From Antedon mediterranea (taxonomy: Eukaryota; Animalia; Echinodermata): a stretch of DNA of 64,000 nt. The first letter of the stretch is position 1. Each line of letters begins with the position of its first letter. The stretch is from contig NC_092674.1 of the NCBI RefSeq assembly GCF_964355755.1, forward strand, positions 3,968,001-4,032,000, in the 5' to 3' direction. A program made the position numbers and the translations under genes. Below the pieces are notes generated by a model. The model made no database searches. It saw only the letters and a program-made list of their open reading frames with translations, and was not told the DNA's origin. Below are positions 1 to 12,900 of this stretch, one piece after another.

Positions 1-349
1 CGTATTTTCACTCCCAACAAGAGAGGGCGCATTCTGGCTACTATTGTTTTTATTACTTGAAATAGAGAAAGAGCACAACAGTCGGAAATACATACGAAAA
101 TCATTCGCTCTAAACTTAAATCAAATCAACATTTATTTATTTTTATGACAGCGACCCTTGGCAGCCGATACAGTTTTCTAAAAGCTAGTCAATTGGGTCG
201 TACCTATCCCGAAAATATTAGTTTTGCTCGTCCAATTTCTAGGCCATCTTTATGAAGATCGATATCATTATTTTAGCGTCCGTAGTACAGCGTAAAACGC
301 ACTAGCGTAGCCTTTCCGAATGTTCAATGTTCCGGCCTAGCGCGCTCGC

Positions 350-560
350 GTTGTCAAAAAAGAATGTTTCTGTTGCAGAAATGAGATAAGACGAAATTTT
401 TCATCTTAAGGCAGGGTGTTGTTCGTCTTAGATTTAAGACAAAATTAAGCAAATTTTTTTGCTTAGATATATTGATAAATCTGACTTAGGCAAAATCAAG
501 GATTTAAGGCAAAGTTAAGACGATTTTTTTGCTAAGCAAGTTTGATAAATCCGGCCCCTG
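350..560. mobile_element. Probable MITE right end
   Basis: Repeated TTAAGNCAAA-type subterminal motifs ending in ...TTGATAAATCCGGCCCCTG, a terminus style typical of PIF/Harbinger MITEs. No matching left end identified. Confidence 0.35.
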
Positions 561-899
561 GAGTCTTTCGGCAACCCTCTTCTATAGTCCCGCGACCGCC
601 CCTGATAGCTCTATCTGTGTTTATTTACAGCAATTTGTTGAGGAAACTAAATATATCAATGTAAATAGGTGGTATTGATACAGTTGAGTAGGCCTACGTA
701 TCGGCTGGTGGTCTAGACAAAAATAATCGAATGCCATAGGCCTAATGTAAACTACAGTACATGATACCATAGATATTATAGTGTAATATATTAAATTCAC
801 TATAATCCTCTATGATGATGATACACTATACTTCATAGCCACACATAAATATTGTAGGTAACCGCAGCGTTCCATTTTTTGATGTACGTCGGAAGGCTA

Positions 900-1113
900 T
901 ATACTTTATGCATGCTGACTGCCAGTGATCGAAACAATAGGTACGCGGTTGTATAGCGGTGTTCTTTGTACGATTCGTTCGTGGCCAAGCTCGCGTCAAT
1001 ATCATGTTACATCCTGGGACCAAAAATTCGTATTATTTTTCAGGTGAAAATCGGCAACCGCTGTAAAGGGGGGTTCGCCCGAACCATAAAAACCCCCCCT
1101 GGCTACGGGCCTG
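900..1113. mobile_element. hAT-like non-autonomous element fragment (right end)
   Basis: Ends in CCCCCCCTGGCTACGGGCCTG (CAG-type hAT terminus). 940-1060 resembles the internal segment of the hAT element at 15370-15490. Confidence 0.5.
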
Positions 1114-2384
1114 ATTATGGCTAAATCAACGACCCGTGTGACGGGGGTTTACCACGATCACAGTGTGTAGTGGCACTTCTCACGCACACAAGCAATCCAA
1201 ACAGACGGTCAACAAACACAACAAAAACGCTAGTTTTCCAACCCTGAACTTCTATAACGTTAATGATTAATATAAATATATGCTGAAATGGGATCTAAAT
1301 TTTAATTTAGTGGCAGAAAAATTTAGTATGAAATTAAAGGTGTTGCCCGGGCAACTGGGGAAACACCCCTGCGTCCGCCCCTACTGTATAGTCAAGTGCC
1401 TATGAAAATTATCCCGTTTAGCCTACATTTTATTAAAACGTATTACTATTAAAATATTAACAATGCTGCAGCATTTCATGACCCTTGTTGTTTTATTTGC
1501 TTTCCCGTCGATGATTCTCATAAACAAATCGCGATGACAAAAGAGGTGTTTTGTTTTTTTCAAATCATTAAATATAATGTAATGATGATCGAGCCGGACC
1601 GCTAATTTTTAAACGATCGTTTAAACACCCAGGTCGTTGAATATACCGTGATTTTAATTGTCAAAAACATGATGTCAGTCGATGGCTCGGAGTTTCGATA
1701 AATCTCGCGTCGCATGTGTTGCGTGGTGGTGGAAAACACTCTCAGCAAGTTTGCTTCATTAATATGAGACTCTGTGACGACCCGCTTTAACGTGACGTCA
1801 TTTTACTTTAAGGCTGGTTTCCTGTCGACGTAAGAAGTCGAATTTTGCAACGATTCTTGCGTTTCATACGTTTCTTACGTCTCTTACGAAAGTTGAGAAA
1901 AAATTGACGTCGTTGACGTTAGTCAAGACCGTGTCGGGCCGCAGAAAAACATCTGTAGTTATGCTGCTCCCGAAAGTTGAAATTTTAGCTGTGAAACACA
2001 CGTCGTATGCGAGCTATATTTCCTATACCATCCTGGCTAGTTGAGAATTCTCAACTATTTTATGTTTTTTTCTACCTTTCTGGAAAATGATATAATCCAA
2101 ATTGTATTAATACTATCAGTAGTAAACATTTAGAAACACTTGCATACCTTCACTAATTTTAGTTGTTTGTAGTTTAAGACAATCTTAGTGATATTTAAAT
2201 GAAAACAATACCATAAAAACTATTGTGTCTGTATTTTACAAGACTATGACTTCCGTATAACGTGCATTGTGGGTACTTCAATTTTTATAGAAAAGCTAGG
2301 GAATCCTAATTTAGTAGGTAGCATATGGGGGCGGGGCAACCAAACTTGCTTATCAAATCAAAGCACAGTAAAGCAAAGGATAAA

Positions 2385-5117
2385 ATTAATGTACGATCCA
2401 GTTTACCACTGTTCTCAACTATAGTCATTTTAGTATACTTGAGCACAGTGATAAAGAATAGGATAAACTTAACAATATACAACAAATAGCATTAATGTAC
2501 GATCCAGTTTAACACTGTTCTCAACTATAGACATTTTGGTATACTTGAGCACAGTGATAAAGAATAGGATAAACTTAACAATATACAACAAAAAACATTA
2601 ATGTACGATCCAGTTTAACCCATGTTCTCAACTATAGTCATTTTGGTATACTTGAGAACAGTGATAAAGAATAGGATAAACTTAACAATATACAACAAAT
2701 AACATTAATGTATGATCCCGTTTAACACTATTCTCAACTATAGTCATTTTGGTATACTTGAGCACAGTGATAAAGAATAGGATAAACTTAACAATATACA
2801 ACAAAACATTAATGTACGATGTAGTTTAACACTGTTCTCAACTATAGTCATTTTGGTATACTTGAGCACAGTGATAAAGAATAGGATAAACTTAATAATA
2901 TACAACAAATAGCATTAATGTACGATCCAGTTTAACACTGTTCTCAACTATAGTCATTTTGGTATACTTGAGCACAGTGATAAAGAATAGGATAAACTTA
3001 ATAATATAGAACAAATAACATTAATGTACGATCCAGTTTAACACTGTTCTCAACTATAGTCATTTTGGTATACTTAAGCACAGTGATAAAGAATAGGATA
3101 AACTTAATAATACAACAAATAGCATTAAGGTATGATCCCGTTTAACACTGTTCTCGACTATAGTCATGTTGGTATACTTGAGCACGTCAGTGATAAAGAA
3201 TAGGATAAACTTAATAATATACAACAAATAACATTAATGTACTATCCCGTTTAACACTGTTCTCAACTATAGTCATTTTGGTATACTTGAGCACAGTGAT
3301 AAAGAATAGGATAAACTTAATAATATACAACAAATAGCATTAATGTACGATCCCGTTTAACACTGTTCTCAACTATAGTCATTTTGGTATACTTGAGCAC
3401 AGTGATAAAGAATAGGATAAACTTAATAATATACAACAAATAGCATTAATGTACGATCCCGTTTAACACTGTTCTCGACTATAGTCATTTTGGTATACTT
3501 GAGCACAGTGATAAAGAATAGGATAAACTTAATAATATACAACAAATAAAATTAATGTATGATCCCGTTTAACACTGTTCTCAACTATAGTCATTTTGGT
3601 ATACTTGAGCACAGTGATAAAGTATAGGATAAACTTAACAATATACAACAAATAACATTAATGTACGATCCCGTTTAACACTGTTCTCGACTATAGTCAT
3701 TTTGGTATACTTGAGCACAGTGATAAAGAATAGGATAAACTTAACAATATACAACCAATAACATTAATGTATGATCCCGTTTAACACTGTTCTCGACTAT
3801 AATCATTTTGGTATACTTGAGCACAGTGATAAAGAATAGGATAAACTTAACAATATACAACAAATAACATTAATGTACGATCCAGTTTAACCCTGTTCTA
3901 AACTATAGTCATTTTGGTATACTTGAGCACAGTGATAAAGAATAGGATAAACTTAACAATATACAACAAATAACATTAATGTATGATCCCGTTTACACTG
4001 TTCTAACTATAGTCATTTTGGTATACTTGAGCACAGTGATAAAGAATAGGATAAACTTAACAATATACAACAAATAACATTAATGTACGATCCCGTTTAA
4101 CACTGTTCTCAACTATAGTCATTTTGGTATACTTGAGCACAGTGATAAAGAATAGGATAAACTTAATAATATACAACAAATAACATTAATGTATGATCCC
4201 GTTTAACACTGTTCTCAACTATAGTCATTTTGGTATACTTGAGCACAGTGATAAAGAATAGGATAAACTTAACAATATACAACAAATAACATTAATGTAT
4301 GATCCCGTTTACACTGTTCTCAACTATAGTCATTTTGGTATACTTGAGCACAGTGATAAAGAATAGGATAAACTTAACAATATACAACAAATAACATTAA
4401 TGTATGATCCCGTTTAACACTGTTCTCAACTATAGTCATTTTGGTATACTTAAGCACAGTGATAAAGAATAGGATAAACTTAACAATATACAACAAATAA
4501 CATCAATGTACGATCCCGTTTAACACTGTTCTCACCTATAGTCATTTTGGTATAGTTGAGCACAGTGATAAAGAATAGGATAAACTTAACAATATACAAC
4601 AAATAACATCAATGTACGATCCCGTTTAACACTGTTCTCAACTATAGTCATTTTGGTATACTTGAGCACAGTGATAAAGAATAGGATAAACTTAACAATA
4701 TACAACAAATAACATCAATGTACGATCCCGTTTAACACTGTTCTCAACTATAGTCATTTTGGTATAGTTGAGCACAGTGATAAAGAATAGGATAAACTTA
4801 ATAATATACAACAAATAACATTAATGTATGATCCCGTTTAACACTGTTCTCGACTATAGTCATTTTGGTATACTTGAGCACAGTGATAAAGAATAGGATA
4901 AACTTAACAATATACAACAAATAACATTAATGTATGATCCCGTTTACACTGTTCTCAACTATAGTCATTTTGGTATACTTGAGCACAGTGATAAAGAATA
5001 GGATAAACTTAACAATATACAACAAATAACATTAATGTACGATCCCGTTTAACACTGTTCTCAACTATAGCCATTTTGGTATACTTGAGCACAGTGATAA
5101 AGAATAGGATAAACTTA
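2385..5117 (+). repeat. 106-bp tandem repeat array, ~26 units (left arm)
   Basis: Unit TTAATGTACGATCCCGTTTAACACTGTTCTCAACTATAGTCATTTTGGTATACTTGAGCACAGTGATAAAGAATAGGATAAACTTAACAATATACAACAAATAACA. GATCC recurs at 2395, 2501, 2607 and onward. Confidence 0.97.
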
Positions 5118-6044
5118 TTGCAACTTGTCCATGTCGTATTCATCTACAAATAAAGTGTCTATTACCGTACTTTAAAAAATCTATTTATATCAATACCTAT
5201 CAACGTATGTACGTGTGCATATTATATTATACAAAAATATATACATCAACATAAATGTCATATCATCTACAGTCATTAGTGTTATTTCACCTTTAATAAC
5301 AAAGGCAAAATACTTAAATAATAACAATGCTGTGGTCTCAATGGAGATACAAAAAAAGAAGCGAAAAGCTAAATCAAAACGAAATGTGCTAATGCGTATA
5401 GATATGCTGAGTGGTTTCCGAGAAATATGAGTACGCATAATATGGCCTTACGGAAAAGTAATACATACCAGGTCCCCAAAAATAAGACAAATAGATATGG
5501 AAACAGTGCAATCCCGTTTCTCACTCACTGCCACAGTATTGATTAAATAATAAAAGAAAATAGATGTATAATGTAACCAGATATTAATTAATTTGACATA
5601 TAGGCCTAGTAGAAATTTCTTGAATTTGACTCAATTTATTCTTAATTCTCATTTAATTTTGTATTTAATGTTTTTGTAAATGTATAATTGTAATTATTTA
5701 ATTGTCTGAAGTCGACTTTAATTAAGAAACCAATGTAAATACTGCAACTTAAATTTAAGATTATATTTTTATACTGTAATTAAGCATGGACTATTCTTTA
5801 ATCCATGAATTAAGTAATAATGTATATACTATATCCTTGCAATAAGACTATATTTTTTTAACTTTATGTTTACATTTACATATATTTTGTAATTGCGATA
5901 ATTTTGTTTAATGATGACTATTACTTTACTTGTCTTTTGAATGTATATTGTCCCTTACCATGCAATTCAGCAGATTTGCTGCCAATTGGTTTGTTTTTAA
6001 TAAAAAAAGAAAGAAAGAAAGATAAAGTAAACAGCCAGAAAAGT

Positions 6045-6085
6045 TAGCAGAGTTTTCGGGCAACACTAGCCCTTCATCAGTGCAA
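6045..6085 (-). ncRNA. Minimal type I hammerhead ribozyme-like motif (Penelope-type, probably degenerate)
   Basis: Minus strand reads GCA-CUGAUGA-AGGGC-UAGUGUU-GCCC-GAAA-ACUC-UGC: conserved CUGANGA and GAAA boxes, GGGC/GCCC stem II, and GCA/UGC stem I. Confidence 0.55.
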
Positions 6086-6104
6086 GTGAGGGTACCTGTA
6101 CAAG

Positions 6105-6930
6105 ATAGTGTTATTTAACGTTTAGTCGATTTATATCAATACACTCATCAACATAATGTACATGTAATTCACGTCTACAATCAATAGTGTTAATTCCACT
6201 TTTAAAAGTCGATTTATATCAATATAATCATCAACATATGTACGTGTCCACGTCATATTCATCTATAAATATTAGTGTTATTTCACTTTTAAAAGTCGAT
6301 TTATCAATATACTCATCAATAAATGTACTTGTCCACGTCATATTCATTTACAAATCAATGTTATTTCACTTTTCGAAGTCAATTATATCAATATAGGCCT
6401 ACTCATCAACATATGTACGTGCAATTCACGTCATATTCATATATGATCAATAGTGTACAACTAATAGTGTTATTTCACTTTTAAAAGTCGATTTATATCA
6501 ATATACTCATCAACATTATGTACCGTACGTGTCCACGTCATATTCATCTACAAATATTAATGTTATTTCACTTTTAAAAGTCGATTTATATCAATATACT
6601 CATCAACATATGTAAATCGTGTCCAAGTCATATTCATCTGCAAATATTAGTGTTAATTTTACTTTTAAAAGTCGATTTATATCAATATACTAATCAATAT
6701 ATGTACGTGTCCACGTCATATTCATCTACAAATATTAGTGTTATTTCACTTTTCAAAGTCGATTTATATAAATATACTACTCATCAACATAATGTACGTG
6801 CAATTCACGTCATATTTATCTACAATCATTTGTGTTAATTCCACTTTTAAAAGTCAATTTATATCAATTACTTATGAACATATATGTATGTGTCCGCGTC
6901 ATTCATCTACAAATATTATAGTGTTATTAT
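6105..6930 (+). repeat. Degenerate ~88-95-bp tandem repeat in the foldback spacer
   Basis: GTGTTATTTCACTTTTAAAAGTCGATTTATATCAATATACTCATCAACATATGTACGTGTCCACGTCATATTCATCTAC recurs about 9 times. Related diverged units at about 5130-5290. Confidence 0.85.
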
Positions 6931-6939
6931 GTTTTTCAT

Positions 6940-9138
6940 ATTATCACTGTGCTCAAGTATATGAAAATAACTATAGTTGAGAACAGTGTTAAACGGGATC
7001 ATACATTAATTTTATTTGTTGTATATTGTTAAGTTTATCCTATTCTTTATCACTGTGCTCAAGTATACCAAAATGACTATAGTTGAGAACAGTGGTAAAC
7101 TGGATCGTACATTAATGTTATTTGTTGTATATTATTAAGTTTATCCTATTCTTTATCACTGTGCTCAAGTATACCAAAATGACTATAGTTGAGAACAGTG
7201 TTAAACAGGATCGTACATTAATGTTATTTGTTGTATATTGTTAAGTTTATCCTATTCTTTATCACTGTTCTCAAGTATACCAAAATGACTATAGTTGAGA
7301 ACAGTGTTAAACTGGATCGTACATTAATGTTATTTGTTGTATATTGTTAAGTTTATCCTATTCTTTATCACTGTGCTCAAGTATACCAAAATGACTATAG
7401 TTGAGAACAGTGTTAAACGGGATCGTACATTGATGTTATTTGTTGTATATTGTTAAGTTTATCCTATTCTTTATCACTGTGCTCAACTATACCAAAATGA
7501 CTATAGTTGAGAACAGTGTTAAACGGGATCGTACATTGATGTTATTTGTTGTATATTGTTAAGTTTATCCTATTCTTTATCACTGTGCTCAAGTATACCA
7601 AAATGACTAAAGTTGAGAACAGTGTTAAACGGGATCATACATTAATGTTATTTGTTGTATATTGTTAAGTTTATCCTATTCTTTATCACTGTGCTCAAGT
7701 ATACCAAAATGACTATAGTCGAGAACAGTGTTAAACGGGATCATACATTAATGTTATTTGTTGTATATTGTTAAGTTTATCCTATTCTTTATCACTGTGC
7801 TCAAGTATACCAAAATGACTATAGTTGAGAACAGTGTTAAACGGGATCATGTTATTTGTTGTATATTGTTAAGTTTATCCTATTCTTTATCACTGTGCTC
7901 AAGTATACCAAAATGACTATAGTCGAGAACAGTGTTAAACGGGATCATACATTAATGTTATTTGTTGTATATTGTTAAGTTTATCCTATTCTTTATCACT
8001 GTGCTCAAGTATACCAAAATGACTATAGTTGAGAACAGTGTTAAACAGGATCGTACATTGATGTTATTTGTTGTATATTGTTAAGTTTATCCTATTCTTT
8101 ATCACTGTGCTCAAGTATACCAAAATGACTATAGTTGAGAACAGTGTTAAACGGGATCGTACATTAATGTTATTTGTTGTATATTGTTAAGTTTATCCTA
8201 TTCTTTATCACTGTGCTCAAGTATACCAAAATGACTAAAGTTGAGAACAGTGTTAAACGGGATCATACATTAATGTTATTTGTTGTATATTGTTAAGTTT
8301 ATCCTATTCTTTATCACTGTGCTCAAGTATACCAAAATGACTATAGTTGAGAACAGTGTTAAACGGGATCATACATTAATGTTATTTGTTGTATATTGTT
8401 AAGTTTATCCTATTCTTTATCACTGTGCTCAAGTATACCAAAATGACTATAGTTGAGAACAGTGTTAAACGGGATCGTACATTGATGTTATTTGTTGTAT
8501 ATTGTTAAGTTTATCCTATTCTTTATCACTGTGCTCAAGTATACCAAAATGACTATAGTTGAGAACAGTGTTAAACGGGATCGTACATTGATGTTATTTG
8601 TTGTATATTGTTAAGTTTATCCTATTCTTTATCACTGTGCTCAAGTATACCAAAATGACTATAGTTGAGAACAGTGTTAAACAGGATCGTACATTGATGT
8701 TATTTGTTGTATATTGTTAAGTTTATCCTATTCTTTATCACTGTGCTCAAGTATACCAAAATGACTATAGTTGAGAACAGTGTTAAACGGGATCGTACAT
8801 TGATGTTATTTGTTGTATATTGTTAAGTTTATCCTATTCTTTATCACTGTGCTCAAGTATACCAAAATGACTATAGTTGAGAACAGTGTTAAACGGAATC
8901 ATACATTAATGTTATTTGTTGTATATTGTTAAGTTTATCCTATTCGTTATCACTGTGCTCAAGTATACCAAAATGATTATAGTTGAGAACAGTGTTAAAC
9001 GGGATCATACATTAATGTTATTTGTTGTATATTGTTAAGTTTATCCTATTCTTTATCACTGTGCTCAAGTATACCAAAATGACTATAGTTGAGAACAGTG
9101 TTAAACGGGATCGTACATTGATGTTATTTGTTGTATAT
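6940..9138 (-). repeat. 106-bp tandem repeat array, inverted, ~21 units (right arm, part 1)
   Basis: Reverse complement of the 2385-5117 unit. Confidence 0.97.
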
Positions 9139-12100
9139 TAGGCTAGTCAATCTAGCTAAAAAAACAGCCCAAAGTGAAACAAATTGCAAACAGAGATTTT
9201 TCTTTTTTAAATGGTCATATATGATGAGGAGATCAAAATTTGAGCATCACACCTCTGTCACTCATCCCGATGATATGCAAATTAGCTTAAATATGCAAAT
9301 TAGGGTGAAATTACAGGGTTACCATATCTCAAAAACTACTAGTCCGAGAGAGTTGATTTTTTCACTGATCTATTCAAAATGTATATATTTATATTTACTA
9401 TAATGAAACATTTTACGAAAAAATGACCGGAAGTACAACATTTGACCTTCGACCCCATTTCTCAATGTTTGCATATACAATGTGACTAAAATGTCTGTAG
9501 AGACTTTATTTTGCCCTCAAATGACCCAGACATAGGTTCCTAATAGCCAGCATAGGATCACTTTGTAATTCCCAAAATCACACCTTTGTCACACACCTCG
9601 AAAGTATGCAAATTAGTAGTACAATTTAAATAAAATATGCAAATAAGGGAAAAAAATTACAGTTGTCCTATATCTCGAAAACCACTAATGCTAGAGAGCT
9701 GATTTTTTCACAGCCGTATTAAAAATGTACATATTTCTATTTACTCCAATGAAACATTTTACAAAAAATTGACCGGAAGTATGACATTTGACCCTCGACC
9801 CCATTTCTCAATATTGCATATATAAATGAAACTAAAATGTCTGTAGAGACTTTGTTTTGCCCTCAAATGACTCCGATACAGGTTTCTAATAGCCAACATA
9901 GGACTGTTTAGTAGATCTCAAAATCACACCTGTATCACTCACCTCCAAAGTATGCAAATTATTAGTACAAGTTACATGAAATATGCAAATTAGAGGGTGA
10001 AATTAAAGGTTCCTATATATCGAAAACCACTAAGGCTAGAGAGTTGATTTTTTCAATTAACTTGTTCAGAATGTACATATTTATATTTACTCTAATGAAA
10101 CATTTTACGAAAAAATGACCGGAAATACAACAATTGACCCTCGACCCCATTTATCAATGTTTGCATACATAATGCGACTAAAATTTCTGTAGAGACTTTG
10201 TTTTGGACTCAAATAACTCGGATACATGTTTCCTATAGTCAGCATAGGACCGCTTTGTAATTCTCAAAATCACGCCTTCGTTTTGGCATGGTTGGAATTC
10301 CCTTTTTTCGTATTAGTTTATGTACAGCGCTTAGAGGTTTCACAACATTAGGCGCTATATAAATCCAGGATATTATTATTATTATTTCTCAATATTTGCA
10401 TATAATGCAACTAAAATGTATGTACAGACTTTGTTTTGGCCTCAAATGACTCGGATACAGGTTTTATATAGCCAGTATAAGTCAAGCACCTCGAAAGTAT
10501 GCAAATTAGTAGTACAGGCTATATGAAATATGCAAATTACAGTGAATTGCCTTATGTATCTCGAAAACGCTAATGACCGAGAGAGATGGCAACTTTCTTG
10601 TACTACTGATTTGCATACTTTCAAGCGAAGTAACAGAGGTGTGATTTTGAGAATTACTAAACAGTTCTACGCTGGCTATAGAAAACCTGTATCTGGGTCA
10701 TTATTGAAAAAAAAAATTATCAAAAGTATGACATTTGACCCTCGTACCTATTTCTCAATATTTGCATATAATGCAACTAAAATGTATGTACAGACTTTGG
10801 TTTGGCCTCAAATGACTTGGATACAGGTTTTATATAGCCAGTATAGGATCGTTTAGTAATTCCAAAAGTCAAGCAACTCGAAAGTATGCAAATTACAGCC
10901 TTATATATCTAGAAAAACGCTAATGACCGATAGAGATATGGCAACTTTCACCTCTTGTACTACTAATTTGCATATTTTCTAGGGAAGTAACAAAGGTGTG
11001 ATTTTGAGAATTACTAACAGTTCTATGCTGGCTATAGAAAACCTGTATCTGAGTCATTTGAGGCCAAAACAGTCTGTACAGATATTTTAGTTGAATTATA
11101 TGAAAATATTGAGAAATAGGGTCAAGGATCAAATGTCATAATTCAATCAAGACAATTTTTGCGTAAAATGTTTCATTACAGCAAATATAAATATGTACAT
11201 TCTGAATCAACTCTGAATTCAAATCAACACTCTAGCATTAATGGTTTTCGAGATATGGGAAGACTGTAATTTCACCCCTAATTTGCATATTTCATGTAAC
11301 TTGTACTAATAATTTGCATACTTTCAAGGTATGTGACAAAGATGTGATTTTGGGAATTACAAAGAGGTCCTATGCTGACGATAGGAAAACTGTATCCGAG
11401 TCATTTGAGTCCAAAAAAATTATCTACAGACATTTTAGTTGCATATTAATATGTATGCAAACATTGATAAATAGGGTCAAGGGTCAATTGTTGTATTTCC
11501 GGTCATTTTTTCGTAAAATGTTTCATTAGAGCAAATATAAATATGTACATTCTGAACAAGTTTTTGAAAAAATCAACTCTCTACCTCAGCGGTTTTCGAT
11601 ACATATAGGAACCTGTAATTTCACCCCCTAATTTGCATATTTCATGTAACTTGTACTAATAATTTGCATACTTTGAAGGTGAGTGATACAGGTGTGATTT
11701 TGAGATTTACTAAACATTCCTATGTTGGCTATTAGAAACCTGTATCCGAGTCATTTGAGGGCAAAACAAAGTCTCTACAGACATCTTAGTTTTCATATAT
11801 ATGTAATATTGAGAAATGGGGTCGAGGGTCAAATGTCATAGTTCCGGGCATTTTTTTGTAAAATGTCTCATTACAGCAAATATAAATATATACATTTTAA
11901 ATATTTTAGTGAAAAAATCAACACTCTAGCATTAGCGGTTTTCGAGATATGGCAACGCTGTAATTTCACTCCCTAATTTGCATATTTAATATTACTTGTA
12001 CTACTAATTTGCATACTTTCGAGGTGCGTGACAAAGTTGTGATTTTAGGAATTATAATACAGTTCTATGGTGGGTATTGAAAAACAATATCCAAGTCATT

Positions 12101-12471
12101 GAGTCCAAAATAAAGTCTCTACAGACATTTTAATCACATATTTATGTAAATATTGAGAAATGGGGTCAAGGGTCAAAATTTGGTACTTCCGTTCATTTTT
12201 ATGTAAAATGTCTCATTAGAGCAAATATAAATATATATATTCTGAACCAGACTGTGCAAAAAATGAACTCTCTACGATTAGTAGTTTTTAAGATATGGTA
12301 ACCCTGTAATTTCACCCTAATTTGCATATTTAAGCTAATTTGCATACCTTCGGGATGAGTGTCAGAGGTGTGATGCTCAAAAAATAATCACCTTATCATA
12401 TGTAACCATTTAAAAAAAAAAAATCTCTGTTTGCAATTTGTTTCACTCAAAATGCTAGATTGACTAGCCTA
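9139..12471. mobile_element. Academ-like non-autonomous foldback element
   Basis: Termini TAGGCTAGTCAATCTAGC...GCTAGATTGACTAGCCTA, with a 3-bp TSD TAT inside a satellite unit. Long inverted arms are built of ~346-bp units rich in ATGCAAAT. TAG termini, 3-bp TSD and long TIRs match Academ. Confidence 0.75.
10281..10385 (+). mobile_element. Short 3' tail of an L2-type LINE/SINE
   Basis: ...AGCGCTTAGAG...GGCGCTATATAAAT...(ATT)n, the typical L2-clade 3' end. It interrupts the Academ-like units. Confidence 0.55.
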
Positions 12472-12900
12472 TATTGTTAAGTTTATCCTATTCTTTATCA
12501 CTGTGCTCAAGTATACCAAAATGACTATAGTTGAGAACAGTGGTAAACTGGATCGTACATTAATGTTATTTGTTGTAGGCCTATATTGTTAAGTTTATCC
12601 TATTCTTTATCACTGTGCTATAGTATACCAAAATGACTATAGTTGAGAACAGTGTTAAACGGGATCGTACATTGTTGTTGTATATTGTTAAGTTTATCCT
12701 ATTCTTTATCACTGTGCTCAAGTACACCAAAATGGCTATAGTCTAGTTGAGAACGGTGTTAAACGGGATCGTACATTAATGTTATTTGTTGTATATTGAT
12801 AAGTTTATCCTATTCTTTATCAATGTGCTCAAGTATACCAAAATGACTATAGTTGAGAACAGTGTTAAACTACATCGTACATTAATGTTATTTGTTGTAT
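12472..12900 (-). repeat. 106-bp tandem repeat, inverted, ~4 units (right arm, part 2)
   Basis: The array resumes in register after the Academ-like insertion. Confidence 0.92.

Noticed and set aside
2385-9138. Regular arrays as a CRISPR locus
   Set aside because: Units are contiguous near-identical 106-mers with no unique spacers, there are no cas genes, and the context is eukaryotic.
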